A DNA stretch of 64,000 nucleotides from Bacteroidetes bacterium 2013_40CM_41_45 (GTDB taxonomy: Bacteria; Bacteroidota; Bacteroidia; AKYH767-A; 2013-40CM-41-45), in NCBI GenBank assembly GCA_002215675.1, contig NGFH01000002.1:10452-74451 (forward strand), given 5' to 3'. The translations under genes and the position numbers were made by a program. Below, piece by piece: positions 61,147 to 64,000 of the stretch. Below the pieces are notes generated by a model that had not been told where the DNA came from, searched no databases, and saw only the letters and a program-made list of their open reading frames with translations. Position 1 is the first letter of the stretch; every line of letters begins with the position of its first letter.

Positions 61147-62211
61147 ATGAAAACAAAATCATTACAAGTAGTCGCAAGTCATTTCAGTCACGAAATTGAG
61201 GACATGATTCTCAAAAAAGATGTTGAGATGAAGGAACTGGCGCGTAAAAATGCCAGGCATTTTGCCAAGCGGAATCTACCCGCACCTTTGGGAGATTCGC
61301 TCTTGCCATACATAGGTGAAATTAAAACCGGCTCAGAGAATCTTGTTGCCCGTGTGAATCAAATGCTCCAACCCAAGACGCATTTGCCTGAGGCATCAAT
61401 GGACAACGACCTGTTCAAAGAAAAGGATAAGCACATTGATTCAGAAATCAAAGCGAAAGAGGATCAAAATCACCTCGACCAATACGAGCTCGGAAATTAT
61501 AATCCGGGCAGCATTCCGCTTCGTCTTTGGATTGCCGGTATTGCTACTATAATTATTTTCATCGGTGAAGTGGTGTTTAATGCAAAGTCCTTCCAAATCA
61601 CCGGGGAAAATCTGCTGTTCGCACTCATTTTATCTTTTTCTATCTCACTTGGCATCGCTGTATTCTCTCACATTGCAGCGTTCATGTACAAAAGCGCAAG
61701 GACAAGAGTTGAACGCTGGCTCATTGTTGGCGGCTCATTGCTTTTGGTCTCGGCAGTTTTCACGGTGCTGGCGGTTTTCCGTTCAAGCTACCTCGCTAAT
61801 CATGATGTACATGTCAGCCCAGGATATTTCGTGCTCTTCAATCTTTTCTTCTTTATCGTCTCTGCGCTTCTATCATTCTTTCTTCTTCCCACATGGCAGG
61901 AAATTAAAGAGAACCTGCGCCATGTAAGGCTTCACTACGCAATGAAAAAGCGCAGCAGGCTGGTCAGTAAATTAAAGGCAGAAAAAATCAGCATTAAGGA
62001 CTTGCATACGGCAAACAACAAACAGCGCATACGCTTAATGCACCACGCCAGTTACGCTGCAGAGCGAATCCGCAAGATGTATTTCGAGTGCGTGGAAGTA
62101 TTTAAAGGTACAAATCTCATCTTCCGAGCTGACAAGCAAACTCCCGATTGTTTTACCGAGCAAGTGCCGAAACCAAATGTGGAAGATACCTCTAATACAG
62201 TCGTTTCTTAA
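61147..62211 (+). CDS. Hypothetical 4-TM membrane protein with coiled N- and C-terminal regions
   Basis: 354 aa with four hydrophobic helices between aa ~125 and 250. No motif recognised. Confidence 0.55.
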   Translation: MKTKSLQVVASHFSHEIEDMILKKDVEMKELARKNARHFAKRNLPAPLGDSLLPYIGEIKTGSENLVARVNQMLQPKTHLPEASMDNDLFKEKDKHIDSEIKAKEDQNHLDQYELGNYNPGSIPLRLWIAGIATIIIFIGEVVFNAKSFQITGENLLFALILSFSISLGIAVFSHIAAFMYKSARTRVERWLIVGGSLLLVSAVFTVLAVFRSSYLANHDVHVSPGYFVLFNLFFFIVSALLSFFLLPTWQEIKENLRHVRLHYAMKKRSRLVSKLKAEKISIKDLHTANNKQRIRLMHHASYAAERIRKMYFECVEVFKGTNLIFRADKQTPDCFTEQVPKPNVEDTSNTVVS

Positions 62212-62225
62212 AACACCATTCACAA

Positions 62226-62927
62226 ATGAAAGCACTTCTTGTCATAATAATTCTCGTATCAGCCGCTTCTATTTTTTTGGTTCGCTCCTACAAGACACCG
62301 CCAATTATAGAAACAGTTGTGTTGCGAGATATAACAGATACTTTACAAGCACAGCCACAAGTTGATGAAGTTTTTTCGTTCTATGGTTTTGAGCAAAACA
62401 AGTGGAGCGGAGCTATCTTTCGTTTTGTCTATTTAAGCGATGTAAGTTTCAATCGCGTAAGGGAAGCCAAACTTATGCCTGCCAATCAGTGGCTGTCCAA
62501 CGAGCCGGAGAGAAACAAAGAGGTTGAGAAATTCAAAGAAGAAATAACTAAAATTCTTTCTATAAAAAGTGTGGTCGGTAAAACACATTCTTCGATATAT
62601 CTGCCGCTTGCAGTGGAACTCAACCGATTAAACCAAAGTAAAGCTGACAGGAAAATTCTCGTTGTATACAGCGATCTGATGGAGAATACTGACGTAGTTT
62701 CTTTCTATGACAGCAAGACTTTTAAGCTGCTGTGGTCTGATCCAGAGGCATTGAGGAAATTGTTTGAAAAAGAACAGTCGCTTAATTCTCTAAACGGAAT
62801 TGAAGTGAACTTGCTTTTTCAACCTAGAGATACGGTACAGGATGGGCAATTTAAAGTTGTATCAGAATTCTATCGGAAGCTTTTAGAAGAAAAAGGAGCG
62901 CAAGTAACCATCGGAGCAAATCTGTAA
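62226..62927 (+). CDS. Hypothetical membrane-anchored protein
   Basis: 233 aa with N-terminal helix LLVIIILVSAASIFLV. The ILVVYSDLMEN segment is vaguely vWA/Rossmann-like. Confidence 0.55.
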   Translation: MKALLVIIILVSAASIFLVRSYKTPPIIETVVLRDITDTLQAQPQVDEVFSFYGFEQNKWSGAIFRFVYLSDVSFNRVREAKLMPANQWLSNEPERNKEVEKFKEEITKILSIKSVVGKTHSSIYLPLAVELNRLNQSKADRKILVVYSDLMENTDVVSFYDSKTFKLLWSDPEALRKLFEKEQSLNSLNGIEVNLLFQPRDTVQDGQFKVVSEFYRKLLEEKGAQVTIGANL

Positions 62928-62933
62928 TTACGG

Positions 62934-63107
62934 ATGCGTAAGCACAAAAGAGATATTGAAGACATCTTTGTGAATGTCCTCAAATTTATTTTCAAAATAA
63001 TCTGGAAGATATTTTTAATGCTCGCTTGGGCATTCTTCCGTTTTGCAGAACTGTTATTCGGAGCTATTGGGGGATGGATTAAAAAATTAATCAGTAACAA
63101 ATCATGA
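62934..63107 (+). CDS. Possible 57-aa membrane peptide translationally coupled to the coupling protein gene
   Basis: Hand-translated as MRKHKRDIEDIFVNVLKFIFKIIWKIFLMLAWAFFRFAELLFGAIGGWIKKLISNKS. ATGA overlap with the next gene at 63104-63107. Confidence 0.45.
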   Translation: MRKHKRDIEDIFVNVLKFIFKIIWKIFLMLAWAFFRFAELLFGAIGGWIKKLISNKS

Positions 63108-64000
63108 GCATCATTCAACAATTTTTTTCTCTTGTGATTGAAATCCTTGAAATCATTTTTAAGGGCGCTTTTGAGTTTCTGGAAGTTGTTATTTCCGGCA
63201 TACCAAAAAAGTCAAAGGGATATAATGCTGAATTTGCCAGCGCTTCGGTGCTGCTCTCTCGCAAACAGTATGGATTTTGTCTTACGGGAAAAAGAAATCT
63301 ATCCGTCAAAGATTCGTATCAAAACGCTCTTGTGATTGGCGGCACTGGGACAGGAAAATCAAGCGTGGTATTAATTCCATCCCTTTTTACTATGCACGGA
63401 AGTTATATCGTTCATGATCCTTCCGGTGAATTGTATTCCAAAAGTGCGGGTTATTTGAAGCAAGTCGGCTATGAAGTAAAGCTCCTCAACTTCGCCCGTC
63501 CTGCCGTCTCCTGTGGCTATAATCCGCTTGTAAGGGCACTTAGCCCGTCTGACGTGCAAAAGGTCGCGTCTATGCTTGTTTTAAACGCTTTAGGGGGCAA
63601 TAGCACCAAAGATCCTTTCTGGAATACCCAAGCTACGGCACTGTTGACAATGCTAATAACTGTTTTGAAAAAACAGGACGAACAATTTCAAAATCTATTC
63701 AATGTTAGGCAATTGCTAAATGCGCTTGGCAGCAACCCCGAAGCGGTGGATTCTTTATTCAGCAAACACGCTGACGAGATTTTGTTTGCTGAATACAAAT
63801 CCTTCATCGCATACGATGAGAAAGTAGTAAATGGAGTCATTGCAACCTGCAAAGCTGCGCTTCAAATCTTCAGCGATGATTCGGTGGCGCGAGTAACCTC
63901 TTTTGATAACCTGGATTTTCAAGAGTTCCGTAACAAACCAACCGTCTTATACATTCAAAATTCCGTTGCCGATCAGAAGTATTATAGCGTATTGACTTCA
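63104..64000 (+). CDS. Type IV coupling protein (VirD4/TraG/TraD family), 5' partial; runs off the window
   Basis: Hand translation gives the N-terminal helix IIQQFFSLVIEILEIIF, Walker A LVIGGTGTGKSSVVLIPS, then HDPSGELY and DPFWN. The frame is open for 299 codons to position 64000. Confidence 0.85.
   Translation, partial: MSIIQQFFSLVIEILEIIFKGAFEFLEVVISGIPKKSKGYNAEFASASVLLSRKQYGFCLTGKRNLSVKDSYQNALVIGGTGTGKSSVVLIPSLFTMHGSYIVHDPSGELYSKSAGYLKQVGYEVKLLNFARPAVSCGYNPLVRALSPSDVQKVASMLVLNALGGNSTKDPFWNTQATALLTMLITVLKKQDEQFQNLFNVRQLLNALGSNPEAVDSLFSKHADEILFAEYKSFIAYDEKVVNGVIATCKAALQIFSDDSVARVTSFDNLDFQEFRNKPTVLYIQNSVADQKYYSVLTS

Larger units (their letters stand above)
59927..64000. mobile_element. Left end of an integrative conjugative or mobilizable element (continues beyond the window)
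   Basis: A partial tRNA-Leu repeat at the boundary, followed by a co-directional operon of unknown genes that ends in a VirD4/TraG-type coupling protein. No integrase is inside the window. Confidence 0.55.

Overview
This is a Bacteroidota-type chromosomal segment. Supporting signs are T9SS type A and type B C-terminal sorting domains, propeller/Y_Y_Y sensor kinases, an ECF sigma paired with a beta-barrel anti-sigma-like gene, and short REP-like intergenic repeats. Layout by region: 0.1-8.2 kb is core metabolism (a three-gene succinate dehydrogenase/fumarate reductase, a large T9SS-secreted protein, ribE, metF). 8.9-16.8 kb is a tightly packed minus-strand cluster of mostly unrecognisable secreted or membrane proteins, two tandem patatin-like phospholipases and a C1 cysteine peptidase. 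17-31.7 kb holds three two-component systems (one kinase frameshifted), an ABC exporter and a T9SS substrate. 31.8-40.9 kb is an accessory patchwork: a GIY-YIG cassette, a GT2, an MBL hydrolase, NTF2-like genes and a Crp regulator, followed by a compact Dcm methyltransferase / GHKL-ATPase::HEPN-like fusion / Vsr module bracketed by inverted copies of a mosaic repeat. 40.9-51.9 kb carries two mirrored redox/quinone-stress modules (isochorismatase, YceI, DoxX, pirin, peroxiredoxin, DsbA-like, decayed OsmC) that share CRP/FNR-type palindromes. 52.7-59.7 kb has a cupredoxin lipoprotein cluster, an ECF sigma pair, an LLM oxidoreductase and HxlR. At 59.93 kb a 3' fragment of tRNA-Leu(CAA) marks the edge of an integrative conjugative or mobilizable element, which runs off the window with a VirD4/TraG-type coupling protein. 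I found no rRNA, no intact tRNA and no CRISPR array. The strongest candidate for an undescribed system is the Dcm / GHKL-HEPN / Vsr island at 37.4-40.9 kb. The patatin/peptidase cluster and the unknown genes preceding the coupling protein come next. All homology calls rest on motifs read by eye. No database search was run.
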